NCBI GenBank assembly: GCA_041746575.1
Contig: JBGTGT010000054.1
Location: forward strand, 8,020-72,019
Direction: 5' to 3'
Length of the DNA: 64,000 nucleotides
Source of the DNA: Microcystaceae cyanobacterium
GTDB taxonomy: Bacteria; Cyanobacteriota; Cyanobacteriia; Cyanobacteriales; Microcystaceae
A program made the translations under genes and the position numbers. The first letter of the stretch is position 1, and every line of letters starts with the position of its first letter. Positions 1 to 9,339 of the stretch are shown here, one piece after another. The notes beneath the pieces are model-generated. The model had not been told where the DNA came from and made no database searches. It saw only the letters and a program-made list of their open reading frames with translations.

Positions 1-2196
1 AATATCAAAAATTCTGTCTGCTAACTCTTGAGTGTTCACTTCGTTTTTTAGCAATCTACCAATCTTAAGATGAATTTTTTGTTTTTGAGTATCAGAAATC
101 AAGGTATATGCTGATTGTTGTACCTTATCGTGTAAGAATTTATAATCAAATTTAAACTGTTTTGCTAAATTATTGATATTATGAGAGCCGAGGGTTAAAG
201 GAATTTTATAACTATCACTTAAAGGAATAATAAGTCCTTGCTGTAGACAAGGCCAAAGGTCAATTGCTGTTTGTGCTAAAGATTTATTATAAATAACCGA
301 TAAAGTGTGCAAATCAAATGGGTTACCAAGACAGGAAGCAAGTTGTAATAATTCTTGTGCTGTGGAATTAAATTTTTGAATTTTTTTGACCATCAAATCA
401 ATAACATTTTCAGTAATATCACACGTTTTAATGATTTGAACATCCCATTGCCAATCATTCACATTATCATCAAAATATATAAATTGGTCGTTATAAAGAG
501 TCTGCAATAACTGGTTTAAAAAGAAAGGATTGCCATTGGTTTTTCTCCGGCACACTTCTGCTAACGGTTGAATATCTTCTTCTTGGCAATGAAGTGTATC
601 TGTTAGTAAATGTCGCACATGAGAAATATCTAAAGAGTGAACGGAAATCGTCTCAATTATTGGGTTTCTCTGACGAATTGCGTCTAAGGTTAACATTAAA
701 GGATGGGAAGAACTCACTTCGTTATCCCGATAAGCTCCAATTAATAATAAATACGATCTATTCTCTGCAGTCATTAATAGTTGAATTAAGTTTAAGGAAG
801 CAGAATCGGCCCACTGTAAATCATCTAAAAATAAAACTAAAGGATGCTCAGGTTGAGTAAAGACTTTAATAAAATCTTGGAAGACTAAGTTAAAGCGATT
901 TTGGGATTCACTAGCATTTAATTGCAGTACAGGGGGTTGCTCTCCAATAATTAATTTTAACTCTGGAATGACATCAATTATAATCTGAGCATTGACCTTT
1001 AATGCGGTTAATAATTTATCTCTCCATTTTCCAATATTTTCAGAATTTTCCGTTAATATTTGGCTCATCAAATTCCGGAATGCTTTAAGCGGTGCAGCAT
1101 AAGGAATATCTCTTTGATATTGGTCAAATTTTCCGCTAATAAAAAATCCTCTGTTCTCAACAATGGGTTTGTGAATTTCATAGACAATTGATGATTTACC
1201 AATACCTGAATACCCTGTAACTAATACCATTCGAGTTGCTCCTTGACTGACTTGAGCAAAAATGGTGATAAGGGTTGTTACTTCCTTTTCTCGACCATAG
1301 AGCTTTTGGGGAATTTGTAATTGATGAGATAAGTCTTTTTGAGCAATGGGAAATAAAAGAATCTGACCCGTATTTGTTAGTTGGTTAAGACAAATTTCTA
1401 TATCTTTTTGCAATCCTAATGCAGTTTGGTATCTTTCTTCTGCTGTTTTAGAAAGCAACTTGAGAATCATTTTAGCGATAACTTCAGGAATTTGCGCATT
1501 ATAGGACTTTGGTGAAATAGGCATTTTAGCAATATGACAATGAATGAGTTCCATCGGATCAGTTGTCTGAAAAGGAATAACTCCTGTCAACATTTCATAA
1601 AACGTAATTCCCAAAGAATAAAGGTCTGTCCGATAATCAATTGAACGATTCATTCGCCCTGTTTGTTCAGGAGATATATAAGCCAATGTCCCTTCAAGTA
1701 AATTGATATGATGAGGATTTTGCCGTTCTTCTAATAAAGTGGAGACACCAAAGTCGGCAATTTTAACTATCTGATTGATAGGATTAATAATAATATTAGA
1801 AGGATTAATATCTTTATGAATAATTTTATGATGATGAATTTCTGCCAAAGCTTTTGTTAAGTCAATTGCAATTCTCAAAAAGGTTATTAAGTCTAATGTT
1901 TGATACGACAAAAAGTTCTTTAATGATTCTCCTCCAAAATCTTCAAGAATGAGTGCTAGTCCATTATTATACTTTTTTAACCCAAGGGCTTTAACGACGC
2001 CTGATAAGCGCAATTGCTTCATGATTTTATATTCGTGGCGAAATCGAACGATGTCTTTGATATCGGGGTAATCTGCCTTTAAAATTTTTAAGATGACTAA
2101 TCGTTGATCTTTTTCTCTCATTCCCCGAAAGGTGACTGTTTTGAGATCTTCTGCGATGGTTTCTCTGACTTGATAACCTTTAAGCGGATGGCTCAT
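1..2196 (-). CDS. Ser/Thr protein kinase-AAA ATPase hybrid (trifunctional STK/ATPase/sensor His-kinase type); 3' part runs off the window
   Basis: Not in the ORF track because it has no stop in the window. Manual translation from ATG 2196: MSHPLKGYQV..., IIHKDINPSNI, KIADFG, GTLAYISPEQTGRMNR, Walker A VTGYSGIGKSS, FKFLHDKVQQAAY. The segments checked are in one frame down to position 1. Confidence 0.9.
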   Translation of the reverse strand, partial: MSHPLKGYQVRETIAEDLKTVTFRGMREKDQRLVILKILKADYPDIKDIVRFRHEYKIMKQLRLSGVVKALGLKKYNNGLALILEDFGGESLKNFLSYQTLDLITFLRIAIDLTKALAEIHHHKIIHKDINPSNIIINPINQIVKIADFGVSTLLEERQNPHHINLLEGTLAYISPEQTGRMNRSIDYRTDLYSLGITFYEMLTGVIPFQTTDPMELIHCHIAKMPISPKSYNAQIPEVIAKMILKLLSKTAEERYQTALGLQKDIEICLNQLTNTGQILLFPIAQKDLSHQLQIPQKLYGREKEVTTLITIFAQVSQGATRMVLVTGYSGIGKSSIVYEIHKPIVENRGFFISGKFDQYQRDIPYAAPLKAFRNLMSQILTENSENIGKWRDKLLTALKVNAQIIIDVIPELKLIIGEQPPVLQLNASESQNRFNLVFQDFIKVFTQPEHPLVLFLDDLQWADSASLNLIQLLMTAENRSYLLLIGAYRDNEVSSSHPLMLTLDAIRQRNPIIETISVHSLDISHVRHLLTDTLHCQEEDIQPLAEVCRRKTNGNPFFLNQLLQTLYNDQFIYFDDNVNDWQWDVQIIKTCDITENVIDLMVKKIQKFNSTAQELLQLASCLGNPFDLHTLSVIYNKSLAQTAIDLWPCLQQGLIIPLSDSYKIPLTLGSHNINNLAKQFKFDYKFLHDKVQQSAYTLISDTQKQKIHLKIGRLLKNEVNTQELADRIFDI

Positions 2197-2226
2197 AATA
2201 TGTATCAATTAAGTATTAAAAAAATG

Positions 2227-4587
2227 TTAAAGATAAAAATCTCGTTCATGGGTAATTTTTTGCGTATATTCAACTCCAAATTCATGTTTTAAAATCGCGC
2301 GAGTTGCTTGCATTCCTGAAATAACCGTCGGTTCAACGGCACCCGCATTAAAACCATTATCAATCCAATCTCCTGCTAAATAAAGGCGATTAAATCCCGA
2401 TTTATCCGTCTTGAGACGATACTTAATACTGCCGGGTAATGACATCACATAACGTTCAGTTGGAATAATATTAATACGCCAATATTGTTCATAAAAGCGA
2501 TTAACGCCTTCACTGCCATTACAATCTACTAATAAGTTCCAATCTAACCCTTGAGGATTAGCTGGCGTGGTTGCTTGCGGCCACAGATAACCCATATTAT
2601 TTGATAAAAAATGGAGGGTATCTTGATGAATTTTATCTTGTTGTTGTTGAGGAAATTGATCATTTTCGGGTGGCGCAATACCAGGGTCAGGAATTACCCC
2701 TGTAAAGTAAGCTAAGTTATAAGGAAAATCTTCACATTGCCAGTTTTCCCGCTCAATTAAATAAGTCATATCGGCATAGGTATCTAGGGGTTCAACATAA
2801 GAGCCTAAAACGGGACTTTGACGTTGCCAACCGAGTTGAGATAAGGTTTCTTTTAACCATAATTGTCCCCCTTGAGTAGTGACGGTTTTGACGTGTGTAA
2901 TCATGTCTCGCCATGCTTGGCTTGCCGCCATTAATTCAGGACAAATATAAGGCAGTGCGGCAATTGAAATACCTAATACAACAATATCAAAATCCTGTTC
3001 TGCTTTAAGGGTAATTTGTTCAACAGGTTGCCATGTCGTCCAAAAAGATTCAAGAGGATTGTTAAAAGGATTTTCAGCAGTTATTGTCCTTAATGTTTCT
3101 CCTTGCTCTAATTGTTCATAAAGCGGTTCAGATGGCCAGCTAAGAAGTCGTTTTACTTCAATTAATGGTTGATATTCAGCTTGATTTTTAACCGTTGCTT
3201 GGATATTAATTTTAATGGTTTCAATCGACTTTCTATCTTCTGATAGTCCTAAATTAGCGACATTATGAAAGAACTTAAACTTAACACCTCGACGTTTTAA
3301 AACCTCATACAATGGCGTAAGTACAACATCTCCCATCCCTGCTTGCATTTTCCACATAATAGCACCTTCGTATTCAAAAAGCATTTTACTAATAGCACGA
3401 AGAGCAACTCCTGCGGCAAGACGGGGTTTTTTGATATCACCATTTTCATAACCGTAAACGAGATCATAAATCATTCTGACGGGAGGGGATTGAATCGTCA
3501 TTTCTAACGCACCGTGCCGTCTTAACCAATCGGCATAATCATAGTTATTCAAACTATCAAAGCATCCTTTTAAAAGAATGCCATCTGCTAATAACCCTCG
3601 AATATTAGACATGCCAAAATTGAGTAAAATCAGCCGTCGGCGAAGATAATCATTCTCTAATAATCGTTCATTGGCATAAATCGGTTCCATTAAGGATCTC
3701 AAAGAAGATAAAATATTACCTAACAACTGGGAATACAACGTAATCACATCTTCTTGAACGTCTTCAATATCTCGAATTAAAAAAGAAATAATTCGCAAAG
3801 CGAGCGCAAACAAACCGCTTCCCGATGTCATGTTCGGCACTTCATTAACGGCAGTTTCTAAATCCTGTTGGCGACGTTCGTACCATTCCCCCTCAACTAA
3901 ACGAAAAGGCTTTTCAATGACCGATTGTAATAAAAGATAAGGAACAAACGGTAAAGCCGGCAGAACAGCAGGAAATAATTGCCACGTTTTTAATCGGGTA
4001 ATTTTTAATAAAAAGCTTGTAAAAACATCATTTGATTGTTGTGGATTTTGAGATAACCAATCACCCGATTTTAAGGTAGGAGATTCATTCCAAACTTGAT
4101 ACATATAGCGTAAGGCCGTTTCGATATGTTCTAGAATAGAATGACTGGCTCCCCCTTCCCAAGGCACTAAGTTATTGGTCGGAAAGTTAGTATCCCAAGG
4201 TACCCAACGATTTTGATAAAATTCTTGTAACGAGACAAAACTGTGGGGTTTAAAGGCATCAGAAACCGATTGAAACGGACCATTTCCGCCTAACTCTTCA
4301 TAAGCTTGTTTTAGAATGCGAAAGGCATCTTCATAGAAGCCAAAAAAGATATGCAATCCGTGTTCTTCAATGCGATAATTGGGGATATCACGATTTTCTC
4401 CTTGAGAAGGTTTTACATTGCGGCCGCTTGCGCATTTTCCCCCTAAACGCCACCCCATTTGATAAACAGTAATCTCATAAAGAGCGTTCCAATTGGGTTG
4501 ATTAGTGAGTTCCCAAACCGTTACTAAAGAACCTAATCCACCTCCTAAAACGGCAATTTTCTTTTTTTTGGGAAGCATATCTTTCAT
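2227..4587 (-). CDS. Large FAD/NAD(P)-binding oxidoreductase (amine oxidase/carotenoid desaturase-like fold), function unknown
   Basis: IAVLGGGLGS dinucleotide-binding motif, GWRLGGK, EEHGLHIFFGFY, C-terminal LYLAGDW. GGAG lies 9 nt before ATG 4587. Confidence 0.85.
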   Translation of the reverse strand: MKDMLPKKKKIAVLGGGLGSLVTVWELTNQPNWNALYEITVYQMGWRLGGKCASGRNVKPSQGENRDIPNYRIEEHGLHIFFGFYEDAFRILKQAYEELGGNGPFQSVSDAFKPHSFVSLQEFYQNRWVPWDTNFPTNNLVPWEGGASHSILEHIETALRYMYQVWNESPTLKSGDWLSQNPQQSNDVFTSFLLKITRLKTWQLFPAVLPALPFVPYLLLQSVIEKPFRLVEGEWYERRQQDLETAVNEVPNMTSGSGLFALALRIISFLIRDIEDVQEDVITLYSQLLGNILSSLRSLMEPIYANERLLENDYLRRRLILLNFGMSNIRGLLADGILLKGCFDSLNNYDYADWLRRHGALEMTIQSPPVRMIYDLVYGYENGDIKKPRLAAGVALRAISKMLFEYEGAIMWKMQAGMGDVVLTPLYEVLKRRGVKFKFFHNVANLGLSEDRKSIETIKINIQATVKNQAEYQPLIEVKRLLSWPSEPLYEQLEQGETLRTITAENPFNNPLESFWTTWQPVEQITLKAEQDFDIVVLGISIAALPYICPELMAASQAWRDMITHVKTVTTQGGQLWLKETLSQLGWQRQSPVLGSYVEPLDTYADMTYLIERENWQCEDFPYNLAYFTGVIPDPGIAPPENDQFPQQQQDKIHQDTLHFLSNNMGYLWPQATTPANPQGLDWNLLVDCNGSEGVNRFYEQYWRINIIPTERYVMSLPGSIKYRLKTDKSGFNRLYLAGDWIDNGFNAGAVEPTVISGMQATRAILKHEFGVEYTQKITHERDFYL

Positions 4588-4650
4588 AAAAAACAACTCC
4601 TAAATTTGCGACCAAAACAAAGTCAAGAAACAGATACGTAGTCAATCTTA

Positions 4651-5430
4651 TTAAGTTAAAGAGGGTAATTGCAAAACCCAAGAATTAATCATTTGAAACG
4701 CCCCTAATTCAACTTGATCAATTCCTTTAATTATATAATGGCTTCCTGCTTGTAAACCGGGAATAAATGGGTTAGCAATTTTTACTTCAGCCTGAATCGG
4801 ACGAATCATTGCTTCCGCAAAATTCCAGATAAAATTCGCGTAAACATAAGGCCCCGCACCAAACAACGTTTTGAGAATTAAAGGTTGATTCATTAGGGAT
4901 TTAATGGTTTCAAAATTATTAAAACTTGACGCAGATTGATACTGTCCTGTAACCTCAAAATCCAACTGCATTAAAGGATCTCGCCAAGGAAAAGAACTCA
5001 CTTCATAGGTCGGAAAAAAAGGATTTCCTACATTAAAACAAGCCATTTCTTTCGTAAATCCCCAAAAAACATCACCTCCAAAAATAGCAAGAGGATTATC
5101 TAAATTTAATTGAGCAATATACAAAAAATCCTGTTCAACCAAGGCAGGTTTATTAATTTCAGCCAATTGAACAAAAGGGATAGAAACAGAACTTTCTAAG
5201 TAAGAAACATCATGAAAAAGCAATTGAAATTGACTGAGACTTGCATGCTGATGTTGACCAAAACCGAATAAAATCGGATGGGTATCAGAGGGGGTAATTT
5301 GTTGTTTTCCTAATTTTAATTCAGGGGGTAACATGGCTCGAACCCTGTCAATAGACATCGGCCAAACCACCCAATAAGCTGAATAAATTCCTTTCAAGAC
5401 TAACTCTTGCAAAAAAGGAAAATGACTCAT
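4651..5430 (-). CDS. Acetoacetate decarboxylase (ADC)-like family protein
   Basis: VRAMLPPEL, YLESSVSIPFV and GGDVFWGFTKE (candidate Schiff-base Lys). ATG 5430 has a GGAG RBS. Confidence 0.7.
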   Translation of the reverse strand: MSHFPFLQELVLKGIYSAYWVVWPMSIDRVRAMLPPELKLGKQQITPSDTHPILFGFGQHQHASLSQFQLLFHDVSYLESSVSIPFVQLAEINKPALVEQDFLYIAQLNLDNPLAIFGGDVFWGFTKEMACFNVGNPFFPTYEVSSFPWRDPLMQLDFEVTGQYQSASSFNNFETIKSLMNQPLILKTLFGAGPYVYANFIWNFAEAMIRPIQAEVKIANPFIPGLQAGSHYIIKGIDQVELGAFQMINSWVLQLPSLT

Positions 5431-5452
5431 AATTTTCTCCCAAAAATCCTGA

Positions 5453-6817
5453 TTATTCCTGCGTTTTCTGAGGCTGTCTAGTAAAATACTGCCGATAGAG
5501 TTCACAGTTAACCACAACCCCCCTTTCTGACGGTTTAATCATGCCCAAACTTCTCAGTTTATGAGTCATAATGGCTTCTAGCTGTACCGGTTCGTTTGCC
5601 TGAATCACCGTCAGTAACGACTGAAATAATTCGGGTTGCTGATTTAATACTATCCAATGTCGCTGTAAATGATTAAAATAAATTCCGCTAGGCGTCGAAG
5701 CTGTCTCTAGCAACTGCTCTAAGGACATTTCCCGACAACTTAGATGATACAAGGCAATGTGAATGAGGGCAGGATGTCCCCCCACCAAATTCATCAATTG
5801 TCTGGCTTCCCCTTCCTGATAGCCGCTAAGCCCGTAACGTTGAGCGAGTTGCTGAACTTGGATTAAGCTGAATTCATCTAGCTGAATCGGTAAGCCGACA
5901 TTAAACGGGGATTGATTAATTTGTAGAGGAACGTAGATTTCCGTATTGTGGACGACAATTAGTCTCAATTTCTGCCATAAAGGTAATCTTTGTGCATCTT
6001 CATAGCAAGAACGTAACAAAGGCAAAAAATCTTGGGCAATCTCAGAATACTCAAAAATTTGATTCATTTCATCTAAGGCTAACACCAAAGGGGTCTCAAT
6101 CTTCGAGAGTAAATACTCCTCAAAATACAACGTCCAATTCATTTTGCCATCGAGTTCTTCATCCCAATAATCAGCCAATTTAGGGTCAAGATCAAGTTTT
6201 CTGGCAATATACTTGCACAAACGCCGTAAGAATTGATTGAGATCATTAAAGGTCGCTTTATCGATTTTATCCAAACTGACTAAAACCGTTTGATAGTCAT
6301 GGCGACGGCAATCTTCTAACAAACGTAAGAGAAGGGAGGTTTTCCCCATCTGTTGCGGCGCTTTAATTCGCACTAGAGAACCCGATTTACGCAATTCTTG
6401 CAAAATTCGAGCTTCAAGATCCGTTAATGTTACATAAAAAGGAGAATTTAACGGCATCGCCCCACTGGGATAAGCAGAAGTTGCCAGCGTCGCATTTTTT
6501 GAGATATAAGGCGAAGAAATAGGCAAAGATTCCGCTAGACTTGGTATGCCTGCACTTTGTTCATACCATTGAAGGGCAGTCCGACAATTTCTTTTGGTAA
6601 CGTTGCGACCAATCAGCAAGGACAATTTGCGATACAACTCTGGAGCCACCACATTACTAATATATCCGACACTATATCCCCCTGCTTCAGCAATATTAAC
6701 GTAGGTTTGCTGATGATAAATTCCTTTTAATACTAAAATTTCCGCCGTATTAACGGGATGCTCTCGAATTTTTAGTAAATTTAAGTTGATCGTTTCGATT
6801 AGCGCATCAAAATTCAT
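5453..6817 (-). CDS. AAA_35 (STAND-like) ATPase with N-terminal HTH domain
   Basis: N-terminal TYVNIAEAGGYSVGYI...ELYRKLS HTH, Walker A APQQMGKTS, Walker B LALDE, QSPFNVG and VGGHP. Probable start ATG 6817. Confidence 0.85.
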   Translation of the reverse strand: MNFDALIETINLNLLKIREHPVNTAEILVLKGIYHQQTYVNIAEAGGYSVGYISNVVAPELYRKLSLLIGRNVTKRNCRTALQWYEQSAGIPSLAESLPISSPYISKNATLATSAYPSGAMPLNSPFYVTLTDLEARILQELRKSGSLVRIKAPQQMGKTSLLLRLLEDCRRHDYQTVLVSLDKIDKATFNDLNQFLRRLCKYIARKLDLDPKLADYWDEELDGKMNWTLYFEEYLLSKIETPLVLALDEMNQIFEYSEIAQDFLPLLRSCYEDAQRLPLWQKLRLIVVHNTEIYVPLQINQSPFNVGLPIQLDEFSLIQVQQLAQRYGLSGYQEGEARQLMNLVGGHPALIHIALYHLSCREMSLEQLLETASTPSGIYFNHLQRHWIVLNQQPELFQSLLTVIQANEPVQLEAIMTHKLRSLGMIKPSERGVVVNCELYRQYFTRQPQKTQE

Positions 6818-6890
6818 AGACGAGTGAATTAGGAAGGAAATTTTAGCAAAATGACAAGGCAAGGTAACTTTCTTATTGTGACCGAAAAAG

Positions 6891-6960
6891 GGGAGATCGA
6901 TATGAGATTGTTATGAGATATACATGAAGTTTTTTGAATCTTATGAGATAAAGCTGAGAT
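6891..6960. promoter_or_regulatory. Array of ~11-bp-phased (AT)GAGAT direct repeats, putative operator
   Basis: GAGAT at 6893, 6904, 6915, 6945 and 6956, with degenerate copies at 6926 and 6936, in the divergent intergenic region. Confidence 0.55.
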
Positions 6961-7215
6961 TTACCGAAAAATAAGTCCGTTATTGCCCCATTGTTGCCTC
7001 AATATTCATGAGAAAAACCTTAATTATATAGATTGTTTCTGGCTTGTCGTACGATTATCCTAGAAAGTAACCATTACATCCTCTGGCTCAATTTTTTGAG
7101 GAAAAATTTACGCCCCTGCCTTCTCTTCCTAATCTTTCTAGACAAAAGGAATCTTGATATCTTCTCACTCGCCGCTTAAAGCAATAATGACTTTTAGACA
7201 AAAAGGAGCAAAAAA

Positions 7216-7635
7216 ATGGAACTTCGCTATTGTATTCTGCAAAAAAGATATCTGAAAGCCACCCCTCAGCAAGGATATCAAAAATTAGTGAATCGCTTAT
7301 CCCTCATGCTCTTAGAATATCCCCCCATTGGCCGAAAATTCAAGCGAACTGCAAGACATCGTCGCTACATTGTCTGCTTAACGCAACAAATTTTAGCAGA
7401 TATTCTGCGCAATGACACTAAAATTCAAACTGAGATTCAATGGATCGAAAAATTTACTGATAATTCTTACTTAAGACAGGCTTTACTTTTTGCCGTATTA
7501 GAAGAATATTGTGGCCGAATGATTGAAGATCAACCTTTTTTATTACATCATTTGCGGACACTTTGCCCGTCTCTGCATTCGACGGCTAAATGGACTTACG
7601 ATGGGGACTTATTTACCATTCCTTGTGCCGCCTGA
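7216..7635 (+). CDS. Short protein resembling the central part of cyanobacterial HetZ-related protein 2
   Basis: RYCILQKRYL...QGYQKLVNRL...IQWI...LRQALLFAVLEEYC...QPFLL resembles the family as recalled. AAGGAG RBS upstream. Confidence 0.55.
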   Translation: MELRYCILQKRYLKATPQQGYQKLVNRLSLMLLEYPPIGRKFKRTARHRRYIVCLTQQILADILRNDTKIQTEIQWIEKFTDNSYLRQALLFAVLEEYCGRMIEDQPFLLHHLRTLCPSLHSTAKWTYDGDLFTIPCAA

Positions 7636-7782
7636 AGGGCGATTAGAAAATTTTGCTCTATTTTCTTGATTTTTAATTTATTTTTGCCGACTGACAGACC
7701 CTTACTTTAAGCGTTTATCCCATCGACCCGCTTATAATAAAGAATAATTTAAAAAATTGCTGTTCTTTTGCTCCGTTCAATA

Positions 7783-8409
7783 ATGCAAACTCACCCCTCA
7801 CTCCCTGCCACCTTATCCCTACACCGTACCGCAACTATCAGCCGTACCACAAAAGAAACCGATGTAAACGTTAGTATAAGCTTAGACGGGCAAGGAAAGT
7901 GTCATTCTGATACAGGAATCCCTTTTCTTGACCACATGTTGCACCAAATCGCTTCCCATAGCTTAATTGATTTAGAAGTCACCGCAACAGGCGATATTGA
8001 AATCGACGACCACCATACCAACGAAGATGTCGGCATTACCCTCGGACAAGCCTTAAACAAAGCAGTCAGCGATCGCCGTGGCATCCACCGTTTTGGTCAT
8101 TTTATCGCTCCCCTAGACGAAGCCTTAGTGCAAGTTGCCCTCGACTTTTCGGGTCGTCCTCACCTCAGTTATGGCTTAAATATTCCCACCGACCGAGTCG
8201 GAACCTATGACACTCAGTTAGTACGAGAATTTTTTGTCGCTTTAGTCAATCATAGTCAAATTACCCTTCATATCCGCCAATTAGACGGCATTAATTCCCA
8301 TCATATCATCGAAGCCACTTTCAAAGCCGTTGCGCGGGCGATGCGGATGGCTCTAGAAATTGACCCCCGTCGCATGGATAGTATTCCCAGTTCTAAAGGG
8401 GTTTTATAA
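7783..8409 (+). CDS. hisB: Imidazoleglycerol-phosphate dehydratase
   Basis: [22 protein letters not shown] and [12 protein letters not shown] motifs. Confidence 0.97.
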   Translation: MQTHPSLPATLSLHRTATISRTTKETDVNVSISLDGQGKCHSDTGIPFLDHMLHQIASHSLIDLEVTATGDIEIDDHHTNEDVGITLGQALNKAVSDRRGIHRFGHFIAPLDEALVQVALDFSGRPHLSYGLNIPTDRVGTYDTQLVREFFVALVNHSQITLHIRQLDGINSHHIIEATFKAVARAMRMALEIDPRRMDSIPSSKGVL

Positions 8410-8487
8410 GAGGTCACCCGTTAAAATCATTGGCAAAGACAAAGCAAAGAGCAACCGTCTTAAATTTATTTAAACCCGTAAAATCGC

Positions 8488-9159
8488 ATGTCCTTAGAAG
8501 AATTACGTCAAAGAGTGCAAAAACTCGCCCAAGCCTCCCAAGAAAAAGGAGATGCAACAAGTTGGTTTGAGACACTCTATCAATCGGCACAAGGCGATAC
8601 CACCCAGATTCCTTGGGCAAAACTAATTCCTCATCCCTGCCTGAAAAATTGGTTAAATTCTCGCCGTATTCAGTCCAATCAGACTGCATTAGTGATTGGT
8701 TGTGGTTTAGGGGATGATGCCGAAGCCTTAAGTCAAAAGGGGTATGCCGTCACGGCGTTTGATATTTCTCCTACTGCCATCGCTTGGTGTCGTCAGCGTT
8801 TCCCTGACTCAACGGTTGACTATCAAGTGGCCGATTTATTAGATTCAGCGAAAAATTGGGCAAAAAAGTTTGATTTTGTATTTGAGTGTCGTACGATTCA
8901 AGCCCTACCCTTAACCTTGAGAGAAGATGTCATTAGAGCGATCGCCGCTTTAGTCTCTTCTCAAGGTATATTACTGCTAGTAACCCGTATTCGAGACACC
9001 GAAGATCCCCCATCTGGCCCTCCCTGGCCGTTATCAGAAAAGGAATTAAATCAATTTACAGCTTTAGGACTCGAAGAAAAAAGTCGTCAGCCCTACCTTG
9101 ACCCCATTAACGGCATGATTCCTCAAGTTTGTCTTGAATATGAGACGTTAATTTCCTAA
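8488..9159 (+). CDS. Class I SAM-dependent methyltransferase (thiopurine methyltransferase-like)
   Basis: ALVIGCGLGDDA motif I, FDISPTAI and GPPWPLS. Confidence 0.88.
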   Translation: MSLEELRQRVQKLAQASQEKGDATSWFETLYQSAQGDTTQIPWAKLIPHPCLKNWLNSRRIQSNQTALVIGCGLGDDAEALSQKGYAVTAFDISPTAIAWCRQRFPDSTVDYQVADLLDSAKNWAKKFDFVFECRTIQALPLTLREDVIRAIAALVSSQGILLLVTRIRDTEDPPSGPPWPLSEKELNQFTALGLEEKSRQPYLDPINGMIPQVCLEYETLIS

Positions 9160-9232
9160 TTTTTAGAGAAACCGAATATCTTTAGAGATAGGGAAGTTCG
9201 TGAGGCTTTTTATCAAGCAAGACGTTCCCTTG

Positions 9233-9281
9233 GTTTTGAACCATAATCTTGCCACCTGCGTTTTGAACCATAACCTTACCA
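9233..9281 (+). repeat. Tandem 22-bp imperfect direct repeat (period 27)
   Basis: GTTTTGAACCATAATCTTGCCA (9233-9254) and GTTTTGAACCATAACCTTACCA (9260-9281), just 3' of the tRNA. Confidence 0.7.
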
Positions 9282-9339
9282 AAACGGCAAACTTATCGTT
9301 CAAGTTATAACAACTTATGGTTGTCGTCTCAAAGTTAAA

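Noticed and set aside
594..860. 88-aa plus-strand ORF (also 2104-2292)
   Set aside because: Antisense shadow of the kinase-ATPase gene, which the ORF track omitted because it has no stop in the window.
9233..9281. Possible mini-CRISPR
   Set aside because: Only two 22-bp units separated by 5 bp, with no spacer-length sequence and no cas genes in the window.
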